NCBI RefSeq assembly: GCF_009914755.1
Contig: NC_060936.1
Direction: 5' to 3' (one strand)
DNA from: the human T2T-CHM13v2.0 reference genome, Homo sapiens
Length of the DNA stretch: 64,000 nt
Part shown: one piece after another, positions 32,318 through 47,668 of the stretch
Layout: the number at the start of each line of letters is the position of its first letter
Position numbering within the stretch: position 1 is the stretch's first letter
The notes under the pieces: model-generated
The model's database searches: none
Told to the model about the DNA's origin: nothing
Seen by the model: the letters and a program-made list of their open reading frames with translations, nothing else
Program-made: the position numbers and the translations under genes

Positions 32318-35300
32318 TAAGAAATGCCTTCTGCCAGGTGGGGAGAGGCCAGGCCCGCCTCTGCCCCCAGGCCTGCCTGCCCCGCCCTGGCAGAACACCA
32401 GCTTCTGTGGCATCTCAGTCCTGGCCCGAGCCCAGCAACCCCACACCCCCTCACCCCATGGAGCTCCGGCCGTCCTGCCCCAGACTTGGGTGGGGGCACC
32501 TGGCATGGGGAAGCCTGGCCCTCCCACCTGGGAGGCAGAAGAGGCAGCCTCACGAGTGTCAGCTTGGGGGCTGTGTGACCTTGGCCAGGTGACCCCTCCT
32601 TCCTAAGCCTGAACTTTCTCTTCTATACAATCAGCGGGTGTGCAAGGGGCCTTGAATTCTCCTGAGGCTTCTTAACCCCATTGGGTGTCCCTCCACTTAC
32701 AAACACGGGCCCAGGGTGCACCCGTCTCCAAGGGCGTAGTCTCAGCCCCCTTGCTCCAAACCCAGAGCTTGCCTATGGGGCTCCCCATCTCTGTTCCAGG
32801 GAAGCAGGGGTCCAGGGCAGGTCAGTCAGTTTTCCAGGCAGGGCAGCCTGCTTGGCTTGGCTAGTTACAGCAATGGGGCCTTGTAGAGACAGGACCTGAG
32901 GAAGCTGGCGCTGCCTCCTTAGACCTGTTTCTCTGCCAGAAATGCCTCCATTTCCAGCTGTCAACTAGAAGCCGACCGTCCCCAAAGCCCCCAGGCCAGG
33001 CCTTAGGTACAATGTGTTTTGCATCTTCTGTTGCCCGTTGGAACTTGGCTTTGGAGATAAAAGTCCTGACTCCACATTTCCAAAGTGTCTTTTAAGCATT
33101 ATCCGGTTTGACTCTTATCTACAGGACACTTTGGCAAATGAGGCTTCACAGCATGGCTGGTGCTCTCTGCCCTGGAAAGGACAGTAAAGGAAGGGAGCCT
33201 GTCTTGTCTCTGTCGGTCCTGGAAAGATTGGAGCTGGGGGCGTCCTTGGATAATGTCTAGACCAGCCTCCCACTGTGGAGTCCAGATTGGCCTAGAGCCC
33301 AGGATCCTGCCCCCTCCTCCTGCCCCCTGTCCTGGCCAGAGGCTGCCTGCTCTCCCTATTCCATGTCTTTCTGGCCCAGCCAGGGGACACAGGGTTGGGG
33401 CAGGTTCCAAACCTCCACCTCATGGAGGATCCCTGCTGTGGGCCTTCCTTCCCTCTGCCTCTGTCCCGTGGAGCCTTCTGGCTTTCCCATTCCTAGCATA
33501 GCAATTGCACAGAGGTTTTGCAGGAGGACTGACAAGGCAACTTCTGCTGTGCGAAGAAAACAAGGCAAGACACTTGACCATGGCCGCCATGCACAGCTGC
33601 CCTCTCCCGTTCCCAGCCTCCCCTGCATGGAGTGGCCCTCAGAGGCTTTTTGCGCTCCCCTGGCCAAGTGCACAAAGGGCCCTTCAATTCCAAGTTCCTG
33701 TGGCTGCACCCCCTCCTGAAAGCCCTGGGGCTCAGGGAATCCCCCAGTATCATGCCAGTTTGGAATCCAGGAAGTCCTAGCAGGAAGTTCTCCCTGTTGC
33801 CTGGCTCCAGTCTCTCCTGCTGTGTTTCAAGCCCCTTCTCTTCTTGCCCTGTCCTCTGGAGGGAGCAGACTGCCCAGTGCTCAGGCCACAGTAAGTTGGA
33901 GGTCAGAGCCACAGGGGCCCTAGTTCTCTCCTGTTTGTCCCTATCTGTGGGTTTTGGGCAAAGTGGGGCTCAGCAAGGAGCCCCCCACTGGGGATGCCCT
34001 CTGTTCTCCTTCCACTGGCTTGTCCTGGCTTTCCACACCTCACGCACGCTCTCCTCTCCAGGAAGCACTGCCTGCTGCTCCCCACCGTCTAGCCTTGATT
34101 CTGCATCTTAGTCGGTCCCCGCATCCTCTCTGTGTCCCCTGCCAGCCTGTGTCCCCAGTGCCTTCGACAGTGCCTGACACTAGTTGGTGCTCAATAAGTA
34201 TTTAAGAGCTTGAACAGTTTCCACAATGGGGAACTCACTACCTCATTATGGCACCAAACATTGTGGGAAGCTCTAATTCTTTGAAAGGTCTTTCTGGCAC
34301 GGAACTGACACCTACCTCCCATCAACCTCCATTCTGGGGAAGGACACACAGGGTCTCCACCCTCTTCCCAGGCCAGCAGCCCTTCAAACACATGCTGAGA
34401 ACCATGGTCAGCTGACTCTTCCTGACTTTCCAAATGGAAATTGCAGAGTAGACCCTGTAGGTCCAACCCGCTAGGGCCTTTGGTTCACAATGCTTTACCT
34501 GGGGGCATCTGAACACCACATGTAAACTTAGACTATCTTTTTCTCCTGGGCTGTAGGCTGATACTAGGCCCTGGAGGGGGTTAGAGAGAAGAGGGGACTG
34601 CAGGGTCTCTTCAGATCACCACCCCCTCCGGGTCACTGATGTGCCTTCTTTGGGCCTGGACCAGGATTCATGAGAAGGTTCTAGAAGCCAGGAGGGCCAG
34701 GGCATGGGAGGCAGAGGGTGTGGCTTCTCCCAGGGCCTGGGATCAGAGAAGGCCTGAGAGCAGAGTTACAGTCTGTGAACAACTGTTAGTGAGCACTCAC
34801 TGGATACAAAGCCCCATGACCCTGAGAGAGGAGAGCACATTTTAAAGTGAGTTAGCCCAGGCCCGCCCTGAACCCCAGATGCGCGGGTCTGATGTTGGCC
34901 TTAGAAATGGGCTCTTCCAACTAATTCAGGGACTGAGGGCCCAGAGAGGGACATGTGCTGCCTTGGGCCACACAGCAGTATGTGGTGGCTGGGACTCGAG
35001 GTGGTGTTCCTTCCCCAGCATCTACTCCCCAAGGAACTGCCTGAGCTCCCTGGCAACTCAGTAGCGGGGAAGGGGAGGCTCTGGCCCAGGGAGCAACAGA
35101 CCGTGCCCAAGGTTCTGAAGCACAGCTGCCGCTGGCAAGGAGGCCCAGAAAGATCTGCAGAAGCCCATTCCCAGGAACATGGAGTTACCGACAGGCACCA
35201 AGGGGTGTGTGTGTGTGTGCGTGTGCATATACGTGTACATGTGTGGGTGGCAGGGGCTGTGCAGGGTATGTTGTGGGCAGGTTGATGAAATGTGATAAAG

Positions 35301-35689
35301 CAGGAAGAACAGTGTTGCCCATAGTAAGTACTATGCTGTTATTTTGAGGGGTCTTAGCCTAGGTAAGGCAAGGACTGGATGGGTTGCAGGTGGGGGACTC
35401 TGGCTGAGTTGTGGGCAGGAGGAGTGGGCGTCAGGGGTAGCAGGACACATGGGCTTGGAGGGGTGCTGGAGATGCTGAGTCAGAAAGAGAAGGAGGCTCC
35501 AGCTCTGCCCACCTCCTGGGCAAGGGGAGCCCAGAAACTGGAGGCCGCTTCTCCAGCCTGGCTGCCAGCTGTGCAGAGGGCGTGGCTGGTGTGGTCTGTC
35601 GCGTGGGGTGGCTCAGAGCCTTGGCAGGTCAGAGAGGGTGGAGGGCGAGGCCTCTGCAAGGCTCTGGCTGTGTCTAGTTCCAAGACCCC

Positions 35690-36240
35690 CCGCCGCACCT
35701 TGGGCACTGGCAGGAAGTGTTTGATGAGTGACTGATGGGGGTGGCGGGACGTGAGTGGCTCCCTAGGGTTGGCGGCTGGGTGGACGCCGCGCCGCCTTCA
35801 CCCGTGGCCTGCTCGGGGCCTGCAGCAGCCCGTGGCAGCCGGCAGGGGGCGGTGCCCGACCGGCTTTGGGAGACTCCCCTCCCCTACCCCAGGCGGGGCG
35901 TCCCAAAGGCGGCGGGGCTCAGTTGTGGCGGCGCCTCCAGTGTCCTGTCCGGTCCCGTCCCGTTCCGTCCTGTCCCGTCCGGGCGGCCCCGAGCGGCCTT
36001 CCTGCCCGGACACGTTGGCCTGCGGGCGGGCGGACACCAGGTGTCGGCGCTGCGGGAACAGAGGCTTCTGAGCCCCGCCCAGGGACCTGGCGCCCCACCC
36101 TGCCCACCCCACGCCGGGCGCCTGAGGGTGGGCGCGGCGCGGGCGTGTGGTCCGGGAGGGAACCGCCGCGGGAGACAGGCCCCAAGTGCCTGGGTTTGGG
36201 GTTCGGGGACCCTCCGCGGGCAGGAACCCAGGGCAGCGTG
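35690..36240. promoter_or_regulatory. Orphan CpG island with forward CTCF motif and GTCCY pentamer repeat
   Basis: Very high GC and CpG density by eye, non-repetitive. CAGCCGGCAGGGGGCGGT at 35836-35853 with TGCAG at 35821; degenerate GTCCY pentamers at ~35942-35980. Confidence 0.8.
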
Positions 36241-36408
36241 AGACACACCTGCCCTGTAGGTGGGTGACTGGGGGGCCAGACCCCTAGTCCCAGCTTCATT
36301 GGCGTCCTGCCTGTCCTGGCCTGTGCTGGAGTCCTGGCTGGGCCTCAGTTTCCTCATCTGTTGAGAGAGTGATACCTGCAGTCCCAGTTACTTGGGGGGC
36401 TCAGACAC

Positions 36409-36504
36409 GAGGATCCTTTGAGCCCAGGAGTTTCACTCCAGCTTGTGCATACTGAGACCCCGTCTCCGAAAAAACGCAAAATCCCAATAAAACAAAACAA
36501 AAAA
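36409..36504 (+). mobile_element. Partial Alu (FRAM/FLAM-like)
   Basis: GAGGATCCTTTGAGCCCAGGAGTT..GAGACCCCGTCTC + A-rich tail. Confidence 0.65.
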
Positions 36505-36559
36505 GAGAGTGATGATCCTACTTCGAAGCACTGTGGTGTTGATCAGTAGGTAAGGCTTA

Positions 36560-36567
36560 TGACGTCA
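36560..36567. promoter_or_regulatory. Palindromic CRE
   Basis: TGACGTCA, ~320 bp from the CpG island. Confidence 0.4.
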
Positions 36568-36699
36568 GGCACCTCCCTTATCAGACTGGCAGCCCCCCAG
36601 GGCAAGGCTCCTCAGGAACGGGCCTCTTGGGGCCCCAGCTTCATCCCATGGCTGCCCATGGCTCCCAGGCTAGGTGAGTGGGTGGAAGGTGGGAGACTG

Positions 36700-36799
36700 A
36701 GAAGGAAACACAAACTTTGGCCTGTTCTGGTACTGCCTGGCCTGGCCTCCCCTGCCTGGTGTCTCTGAGGGGAAGCCGGGGCCATGGGCAGCCTGGAAG
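36700..36799 (+). repeat. Inverted duplication, arm 1
   Basis: Reverse complement aligns to 37805-37906. Confidence 0.9.
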
Positions 36800-37804
36800 G
36801 GGCTGGAGAGTGGCTCACCCCTCAGCCTCTGCTGACCCTGCCCTTGACCCGCAGGGCCAGGACAGAGAGGGGAGTGGGAGGCACATTCCTGGCATTTGGA
36901 GGGAGAGACTGAGGCCATGAAGGGCAGGCTCTGGCAGCATAGGAGGGTGGTGGGGGGAGGGGAGTGCAAACTTCATTTCTGTCTGACAGATGGGTAAACT
37001 GAGGCTCAAGTTCCTCCAGCAAGTTAGCGGCAGAAGCAGGACGAGAACCAGGGCCCTTGACTCCCAGCATAGTGCTCTCTTCCCCTTTCCCTATCTCCAC
37101 ATTTTTTGGGTTGGTTTGAAACGGCAAAGAGAGGGTGTGTGTCTCAGAATATGTTCAGGGTCCCCTTCCCAAGCCCAGGTCTGGCTGTGGCCATACCAGT
37201 GACACTCTCCTGGCCATGGTCTGGGCTTCGAAGTTCCAGAAGAGACCTTGTCTGGGCAATGTAAATCCCACTAACCCTAAGGCTCAGCCCTGGGGGAAGG
37301 TCCCCCTCAGCCTGCTCCTTGACAGAGGGCATCAGCTGTTTCCACTGGTATATCCCCTCTTTCCCTTTCTTCTCCACCAGCGGGGCAGTGCTAGGACATA
37401 GGGCAACGCTCAGAGTTCGAGGGTCACCTGAGTCCTGACCGTCTCCAAAAACTGTGGGGAGGGGTCAGGAGGTCCAGCTCCTGGTTTAAAGTCCTGCTCT
37501 GTTGGTTGACAGGCTGTGCGGCTTAGAGCAAGGCCCTTCCTCTCTCTGGACCTCAGTTTCTCCATCTGTAAAATGAGGGGTAGGTGACATTCATGGTTTT
37601 AGTATGTTACCCCCTGGAGGATGCCTGTGCTACCCACTATATCCCCAAACCTGAGGTGTGAGGTGGCCCTGACCTATTTTGGAGGGAAATGGGAGGGGAT
37701 GGGCCTACCTGGGCTGTACCAGCTACTTTTTGGCTGGTTTAGTTTTCAGAGGACTAAAGGAAGGGGATCATTGTCTGCTAAGTATGGCAGCAATTTCTGC
37801 TGTT

Positions 37805-37906
37805 CCTCCAGGCTCCAACGTGCCCCAACTTCCCCTCAGAGACATCAGGTAGGAGAGGCCAGGCCAGGCAGTACCAGAACAGGCACAAGTTTGTGTTTCT
37901 CTTCTG
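37805..37906 (-). repeat. Inverted duplication, arm 2
   Basis: Shared core GAGGCCAGGCCAGGCAGTACCAGAACAGGC; the ORF track gives PQRHQ(A/V)GEARPGSTRTG on opposite strands. Confidence 0.9.
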
Positions 37907-37964
37907 CTTGGGGTAAGGTCAGGTAAGGGGAAGGGACCCATATTAGCCTTTTGAGGCTTGATAG

Positions 37965-38289
<325 letters not shown>

Positions 38290-38292
38290 TGA

Positions 38293-38604
<312 letters not shown>

Positions 38605-39280
38605 AGAAAGCTACACTTTCGAGGGTTGACCTTGAAACTACGTGGGGCCATGTGGCTATCCCTGATCCCCTGGAAGGTCTTCAGAGTTAGCTTATCAGCT
38701 CAAGTTATTCTCCACTCTGAGTACACGACAGGGAACTCCTCTCCCTCAGTGCTTAGGCACTGGGGTGGCCATGGGGGTTGGGGCAGCAGTGGCCTGTCAG
38801 GGCAGGGTTTTGCAAGGGGACTTAGCATCCTCGGGAGAGGAGGACACTGGCCATCTTCCTTTTTCCAGGAGGTCATGGGGAGAGTATGTGGTGGGACACC
38901 GTGGGCCTCCCTCCACCAGAAACATGGTCTTAGCAGCCACGGGCTTGTAGGGGGATGGAGCTGAGGAGAGGACTGTCAGGCAGGCTGGAGAGCCTCCAGG
39001 GGGACCCTAGTCTCCCCCAATCTCAGGGAGCTCCTTAAAGCAGCCACAATCCACTGCAAAAGGGCAAAGCCTATGGGGGGGCCTGGGGGAAGTAGGACTC
39101 CAAGGCCTCCATTTTGTACCCCTAAAGGCTGTAGCCAAGAGGAGGAGGAATGCAGGATTCCCCGCTAGGCCCTGTTCTGACAGGCTGGGGAGGAAGGGTG
39201 GGGCTCCCAAGTGAGCCCACATGCTCCTGATCTCAGGTCGTAGCTAGGCAGCTTTGTAAACAGCAGAAACACAGAGCAGC

Positions 39281-39283
<3 letters not shown>

Positions 39284-39317
<34 letters not shown>
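39284..39317. repeat. (TG)17 microsatellite; degenerate TG/CA-rich tract at ~39670-40015
   Basis: Direct inspection. Confidence 0.9.
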
Positions 39318-39318
<1 letters not shown>

Positions 39319-40078
39319 ATGTGTATGTGTGTGCCTGTGCTGGGGGACTCACGCCCCAGAGGGGACCCTTCTCATTACTTTATAGTCACAGTTATATACA
39401 GGTCTGAGGCTGGGGTTCTGCCAGCTAATGCTTGCTGGCATTAGCTGTGTTGCAGGTCTGTGTTGCAGGTCTGCTCCATGTATTGTCTCCTTTAATCTTC
39501 CCAACCCTATAGGCAGGCATCCTTATTACCCAGTTTTACAGGTGGGGAAACTGAGGCTCTGAAAGTTGCAGATGCTCAGGGTCACAGAGCAACTGAGTGA
39601 TAAAGCCAGGTCAGGGTTCAAATTGAGGTCTGTCTGACTTCAGTCCAGTTATACTCCTGGCACCTGTGGACGTGTGTGCATATGAGCACTGATCAAGGGC
39701 TATGTGTATGCACATGTGCGGATGTGTGCTTTGATGGTGGGCCTCAGTCTGCCTGCGCCTGTTGAGGACACCTGCATGTAGGCGTGGATGTCTCCGCCCA
39801 GGGATGGAGGTGTGCACACAGATGTCCATTTGCACTTATGTTTGCACAATGCACGTATGTTGGGTACACATGTATGTGTTGTATGTGTGCACATGTGAAC
39901 ATATGCATAAGAACATATGCTTGTGCACAGTGTGCCTGCATTTGTGAGTAGGTGTGTGCATAGGCTGTGCATATGTGTGTTCATATCTGCAGATAGCCAT
40001 GTCCCCAGGTATATGTGGTCATCTCCAAAGGCTGACCTCACTCCAGTTCACTCAGCCTGTGTCCCCTTCTCAGGCTCC

Positions 40079-40128
40079 TGACTCACCACATGTGTGGAAT
40101 CTATTTGCATGTCAGTCCCACTGAGTCA
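40079..40128. promoter_or_regulatory. Compact AP-1 / E-box / octamer / AP-1 motif cluster
   Basis: TGACTCA 40079-40085, CACATG, TGTGGAAT, ATTTGCAT 40103-40110, TGAGTCA 40122-40128. Confidence 0.45.
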
Positions 40129-40356
40129 GTGTCACAGCAGGATGTGTGATGGCCTTGCTGGTGGTACAGGGACTTCGAAGGAGGGGCGCTTGGGGAGAGG
40201 TAGGATTGGCAGGGATGAGTGTTGAATAGGAAGGTGGCGGATGGGATGAAAGAGATTAAGGCCAGGTGTGGAGGCGGGCCTAGGTGTTTTTCAGCCCCCA
40301 GTCAGGGGTAGAGGCCTCAAGGAGGCTAATCCTGCCCCCTGTACTTACCTCTTTCT

Positions 40357-40454
40357 TATTTTTTATTTTTATTTTTAGATAGAGATGGGGTCTCACTATA
40401 TTGCCCAGGCTTGTCTCGAACCCCTGAGCTCAAGCGATCCTCTCACCTCGCCCC
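40357..40454 (-). mobile_element. FLAM / Alu monomer
   Basis: AGAGATGGGGTCTCACTATATTGCCCAGGC..CTCAAGCGATCCTC. Confidence 0.8.
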
Positions 40455-40522
40455 AGGAACAGCTCTTTGCACTGTCCCAGACCCCAGGCCATAGGTATCT
40501 GGTTCCCCATTGGGCGTGGAGG

Positions 40523-40555
40523 TGCAGATGAGGCAGTGGTCAGCAGGGGGCGCTC
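40523..40555 (+). promoter_or_regulatory. CTCF motif (forward) with upstream module
   Basis: TGGTCAGCAGGGGGCGCTC (40537-40555) with TGCAG at 40523-40527. Confidence 0.65.
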
Positions 40556-41472
40556 AGAGCCTGCAGATGGTGGGGAGCCATGGAACAAGCAGGTGGGAAT
40601 GGGAGTGGGGAGGGTAGGGCTGAACCACGGGCACAGACCCACCTGCGGGGAAAGGGTGGAGGAACATGAACTTTGCAACATGAGGGGCAGACTCCCAGAG
40701 GGCCAGATATACACATCCTCCCCAGAGGGACAGGCCCTCTCCAACAGACTCACAGACCCTCAGAAGGACAGACACAGGGACAATCCCTCACCCTCTGAGA
40801 ACATTCCGGGCCCAATGAGCCGGAGGGAGGTGAGAGTGACCACACTGGCCTGCATGTCCCTCTGGAGGCAGGGGGTGTTGGCTCTTGGTGACAGTGAGGA
40901 GGGGAAGGAAGGCAAGGGCTCTAGAGTCAGGCACGCTCAAGGTCTGACTTCAGCGTTGCCTCTGGGTGACCTGAGCTCTCCTGAATGGGGCAATGTCTTC
41001 CAGGTGTCCAGCTCAGGCCTGGACACGCAACGTCACCCTGGAGGTTATGAGAGGTTGCCAGAGCCTCCGTCATTGGTATGTCTGCACATTTCTCCAAGCA
41101 TCTACTAAGTGCCAGGTCCACTGCAAGGCGCTGGGGATATGGTAATGATCAAGTCACACTCAGTGGCTCCTGCCACTGCTAGGGAGCTAACATTCTAACG
41201 GGGGGAGTATCTTAGGATACTTGGGATACAAAATGATCACTATTCCCCCCATTTGATTATTTGAAGTGGAAATTATGGGACAAAAGGCAGAGACTGGCAG
41301 GGAAGGCCCTTTCCTCTTTTATTGCTTATCAAATGCAGGCTGAGAAAAGTCCAGATATTATGGTACTGCTGTGGTCCCCTGCCTCTTACTGCAGAGGTCA
41401 GATCCAAACCCTCCATCTCATTCAGTCAAAGCTGAGGTTCAACAGTGGCCCCTGAGGCCTAGTGTAGGCTGA

Positions 41473-41941
<469 letters not shown>

Positions 41942-42505
41942 AAAATGTTCCTTTCTTAGTGAGGCTTTTCCTGACCTCCCTATTAATCACCCTACTCTCA
42001 ACATTCCCTATGCTCTTTCTGCTTTAGTTTTCTCCATAGCACTTTTTATCAACGTCTAGTCAGCTATGTCTTTTACATGAATATATTTCTTCCTTGTTTT
42101 TTTCTTCCCATGAGAACATAAACTCCATGTGGGCTGGGATTTGGGCAGATTTGTTCACAGCTGTATCCCCAGGGCCTAGAATGTGCCTGGCACATCGTAA
42201 GTATCAATAAATATTTGTCAATGCATGTTTGTCAAGTGAATGTTGAGTGCTGGCCTTGCAGTGGCACACCCCTCTTCCTGACGGGGGCTAATGATGGGTC
42301 GGGGGTTGGGGGGGCACGATTTAAAGGCTGCAGTTGAGTTGATGCTGGCATAACCTTTTGGGGGCTAGGGGCCTGGGGATGTTAGTCCCTTTTGTGCTGC
42401 TATAACTGAAGACTATAGACTGGGTACTTTATAAACAATAGAAGTTTATTTGGCACATGGTTCTGGAGGCTGGGAAGTCCAAGATCATGGGGCTGCATTT
42501 TGTGA

Positions 42506-42887
<382 letters not shown>

Positions 42888-43303
42888 CCAAACTCATTTT
42901 TATAACAAACCCATTCCTGCAGTAACATAAATTCATTCATGACAGTAGAGCCCCCATGACCTAATCACCTCTTAAACATCCTGCCTCTCAACATGCTGCA
43001 TTGGGAATTAAGCTCTAATACATGAATTTGTGGGACACACTCAAACCATAGCATTCTACCCCTGGCCTCTAAAATTCATGTCCTTCTCCTATGCAAAATA
43101 CGTTCATTCCATCCCAATGGCCCTGAAAGTCTTAACTTGTTTCAGCATCAACTCAAAAGTCCAAAGTCTAGAGTCTAAATCTAAATCATACATAGAGAGA
43201 CTGAAGTTATCATTCACCCTGGAGCACATTCCCCTCCATCTGTGAGCCTGTGACATAAAAACAAGTGATCTACTTCCAAAATACAATGGTGTGACAGGCA
43301 TAG

Positions 43304-43695
<392 letters not shown>

Positions 43696-44309
43696 AACAT
43701 TACAACTTAAGACTCCAGGATAATCTTTTACTCCATGTGCTTCCTACACTGAGGGATTTGGGCCCCCAAAGGGTTGGGAAAGCCAGTTCCCACAGCTTTG
43801 CTGAACTCAGCCCATGCAGCAGCTCTCCCGGGCTGGAGTGGCACATTGGTAGTCTACAGTTCTGGGGTCTCTGAGGTGGCCTCGCTCCCATGGCTCCACT
43901 AGGCATTCCTGGCAGGAACTCTCTCTGGTGGCTCTGCCCCTGTGAAAAGTCTCTGTCTGGGCCCTCAGGCTGTCGATGACATCATTTGAAATCCAGGTGG
44001 AGGCTGCCAAGGCCCCACAGTTTTTATATTCTGCCCACCTGCAGAATTAGCATCACAGGGATGCCACCAAGGTTTACAGCTTGTACCTTCTGGAGTGGTG
44101 GGTCAAACTGCACCTGGACCTGCTTGAGCCATGGCTGGGACAGCCAAGGGGCACTGCACTGGAAATCGGGGAGCAGAGTCTTGAGGTGGATGGGGCAGTG
44201 AATGCTGATTTCCCTTGGGCAGCTCTCTCGAAACCTTGCCCTCAAGCTCCTGGTTTGCCTTGAAGATCTCCTAAATGCCTTCAGGTTCATTCCCCCATTG
44301 TCTTGATGA

Positions 44310-44703
<394 letters not shown>

Positions 44704-45361
44704 TGCTTTTTTATTCTTTAAATGGCCAGGCTGAGAGTTTTCCAAATCTTTCTGTTCTGCTTTCTTTGAAATTATAAATTCCATCTTTGAGTCATTCTCT
44801 CTTCTCTCACTTTATTGTAAGTGGACAAAAGAAGCCATGCGGCACCGTCGGCACTCTGCTGCTTTGCTGTTTGTTGCTCCTGCCGGATTTCCTAGGTCAT
44901 TACTCTAAAGTTCTGCCTTCCATATAGTCCTCGGGCATGGACATAATTTTGCCAGGTTCTTTACAACTGTAGAGCAAGGAAAGCCTTTATTTTCCAATAG
45001 GATGGCCTTTACTCTATTTTCCAGTAAGATAATCTGCTTTTCCCCCAAGACCTCATCAGACTGGCCTTTTCTGTCCGGATTTCTACCAACATTTTGATCA
45101 TGACCACATAAGCAATCCCTAAGAAGATTTAGGTTCCCTCTACAGCTGTTGTCTTCTTCTGAACCCTCACTGAAATTGCCCTTGATGCTCCTTTTATAGC
45201 AATCTGGGTTTTTCTTTGCCTGCTCCCCCAAATTCTTCCAGCCTCTATTTGTTACCTGGATCCAAAGCCACTTCCACATTTCCAGGTATTGATTACGGCA
45301 AGAGACCCACTTCCTGGTACCAGTTTCCTGTCTTAGTTTGTTTTGTGGTGTTATAACATAA

Positions 45362-45826
<465 letters not shown>

Positions 45827-46106
45827 CAGACCTGCTTTTCTAACAAACCCACTCCCACATCACATCAATCCATGCATGAGCGCAGAGCCCTAATGACCGA
45901 ATCACCTCTTAAAGGTCCCACCTCTCAACACTGTTGCACTGGGGATTGTTGTGGGACACAGTCAAACCACAGCGGGGGTGGGGGGTATTCTGGTTCTTTT
46001 TTGCTCTTGTTAGGACAGAAGTTGAGTGTTTGGGGGACATCTACCAAACTTACATACCTGAGTTGAGACATGGAGGGGTAGGTTTCTCCCCTTGAAGAAA
46101 ATTAAA

Positions 46107-46405
46107 TGCCAGGTGCGGTGGCTCATGCCTGTAATTACAGCACTCTGGGAGGCCGAGGCGGGCGGATCACTTGAGGTCAGGAGTTCGAGATCAGCCTGGC
46201 CAACATGGTGAAACCCCATCTGTACTAAAAATACAAAAGTTAGCTAGGCCTGGTGGCATGTGCCTGTAATTCCAGCTACTCAGGAGGCTGATACAGGAGA
46301 ATCGCCTGAACCCGCGAGGTGGAGGTTGCAGTGAGCCAAGATCGCACAAATGCATTCCAGCCTTGGTGACAGAGCCAGACCCTATCTCCAAAAAAGAAAG
46401 AAAAT
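46107..46405 (+). mobile_element. AluS
   Basis: Dimeric Alu, TSD AAGAAAATTAAA. Confidence 0.9.
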
Positions 46406-46966
46406 TAAAACTACAAGAAAGCTAGCAAATAACGGAAGGGTGTTTATTGTTTGTGAATAGAGGGGTTCTGGCAGGGGACCTGTGGGTGTTACACATTACC
46501 CACCTGGAGCACACATGCAGGCTACCTTCTGAAAGCCCACACTGACTTTGGCCGCCTTGTCAGGACAGTTATCCAGTTCTTTAAGTCCCAGCTGTTCCTA
46601 ATAGAAGGAAAATGTTGTACTCCCTCCAATCTCTGCCTCTAGGCCCAAGAACCAGCCCCCCTGGGGCCCTCGCCTGTGCTCCTGAGTTTGGGTAAGGCCA
46701 CTTCTTTTAGCTCTAGGGGAGGTATTGTCTGCCGTTGACTAACTTCCACAACACTGCAGCTTTCCTGCTTTGTCCTTGAAGCTTTCAATAGCCACTCTAT
46801 CATTTCCTCACATTGAATCCCCTGTGTTTGAAATAGCTAGCTTGGCTTCTCTTTTCCTGACTGGACCCCAGTTGATTCACTAGAGAAGAAAGCATCAACT
46901 AAAGAGAAAGCAGATTGTGCTGTGTGAAGAGCACAGCACAATAATAATAAGTAAAAATGAAGAGTA

Positions 46967-47272
46967 GGCCGGGCGCGGTGGCTTATGCCTGTAATCCCAG
47001 CACTTTGGGAGGCCGAGGCGGACGGATCACGAGGTCAGGAGATTGAGACCATCCTGGCTAACATGGTGAAACCCTGTCTCTACTAAAAAATAGAAAAAAT
47101 TAGCCGGGCGTAGTGGCGGGCGCCTGTAGTCCCAGCTACTCAGGAGGCTGAGGCAGGAGAATGGCGTGAACCCGGGGGGCAGAGCTTGCAGTGAGCCGAG
47201 ATCGCGCCACTGCACTCCAGCCTGGGCAAAAGAGCAAGACTCTGTCTCAAAAAAAAAAAAAAAAAAAAAAAA
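46967..47272 (+). mobile_element. AluY
   Basis: Y diagnostics, A tail, TSD AAGAGTA. Confidence 0.95.
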
Positions 47273-47668
47273 GAGTATTGTGGAGGAAGGAGGGGGCTAT
47301 CTGAGATGGGCAACAGGGAAGGTCTCTGTGAGGAGGAGACATTTGAGCTGAGACTTGAAAGATGAGGAAGAGCCAGATCTAGGGGTTGGGGTGAGGATTT
47401 CACATGGGATCAAGGTCCCTGAGGCCTGTGGGCTGTGGCAGCCCTCTCTGTGGAAGGCACTGAGCCTGTGCCTGCTGGGGAAGGGAGGCCAGGGCAGGAG
47501 AGATGGCTCAGCCCTGGGGGATTCTGAGTTTAAGTCTGAAATTTGAGCCTGAGTGTGTGGGGATCTGAGTTCTGGGTTGAGCTCCTGCCCCAGCTGTCTT
47601 CTCTCCTCCCCTCCCTAGGGGAGAGCCAGCAGGGCTCACTCAGGCTCCGAAGGAGCACTGTCTCGTCA

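Noticed and set aside
27000-34200. Many 100-190 aa ORFs suggesting a hidden gene or keratin pseudogene
   Set aside because: No coiled-coil or keratin motifs and no consistent exon chain; GC-rich noise.
35735-36357. Overlapping 100-170 aa ORFs in all frames
   Set aside because: Stop-codon depletion typical of a CpG island; Pro/Gly/Arg-rich with no domain.
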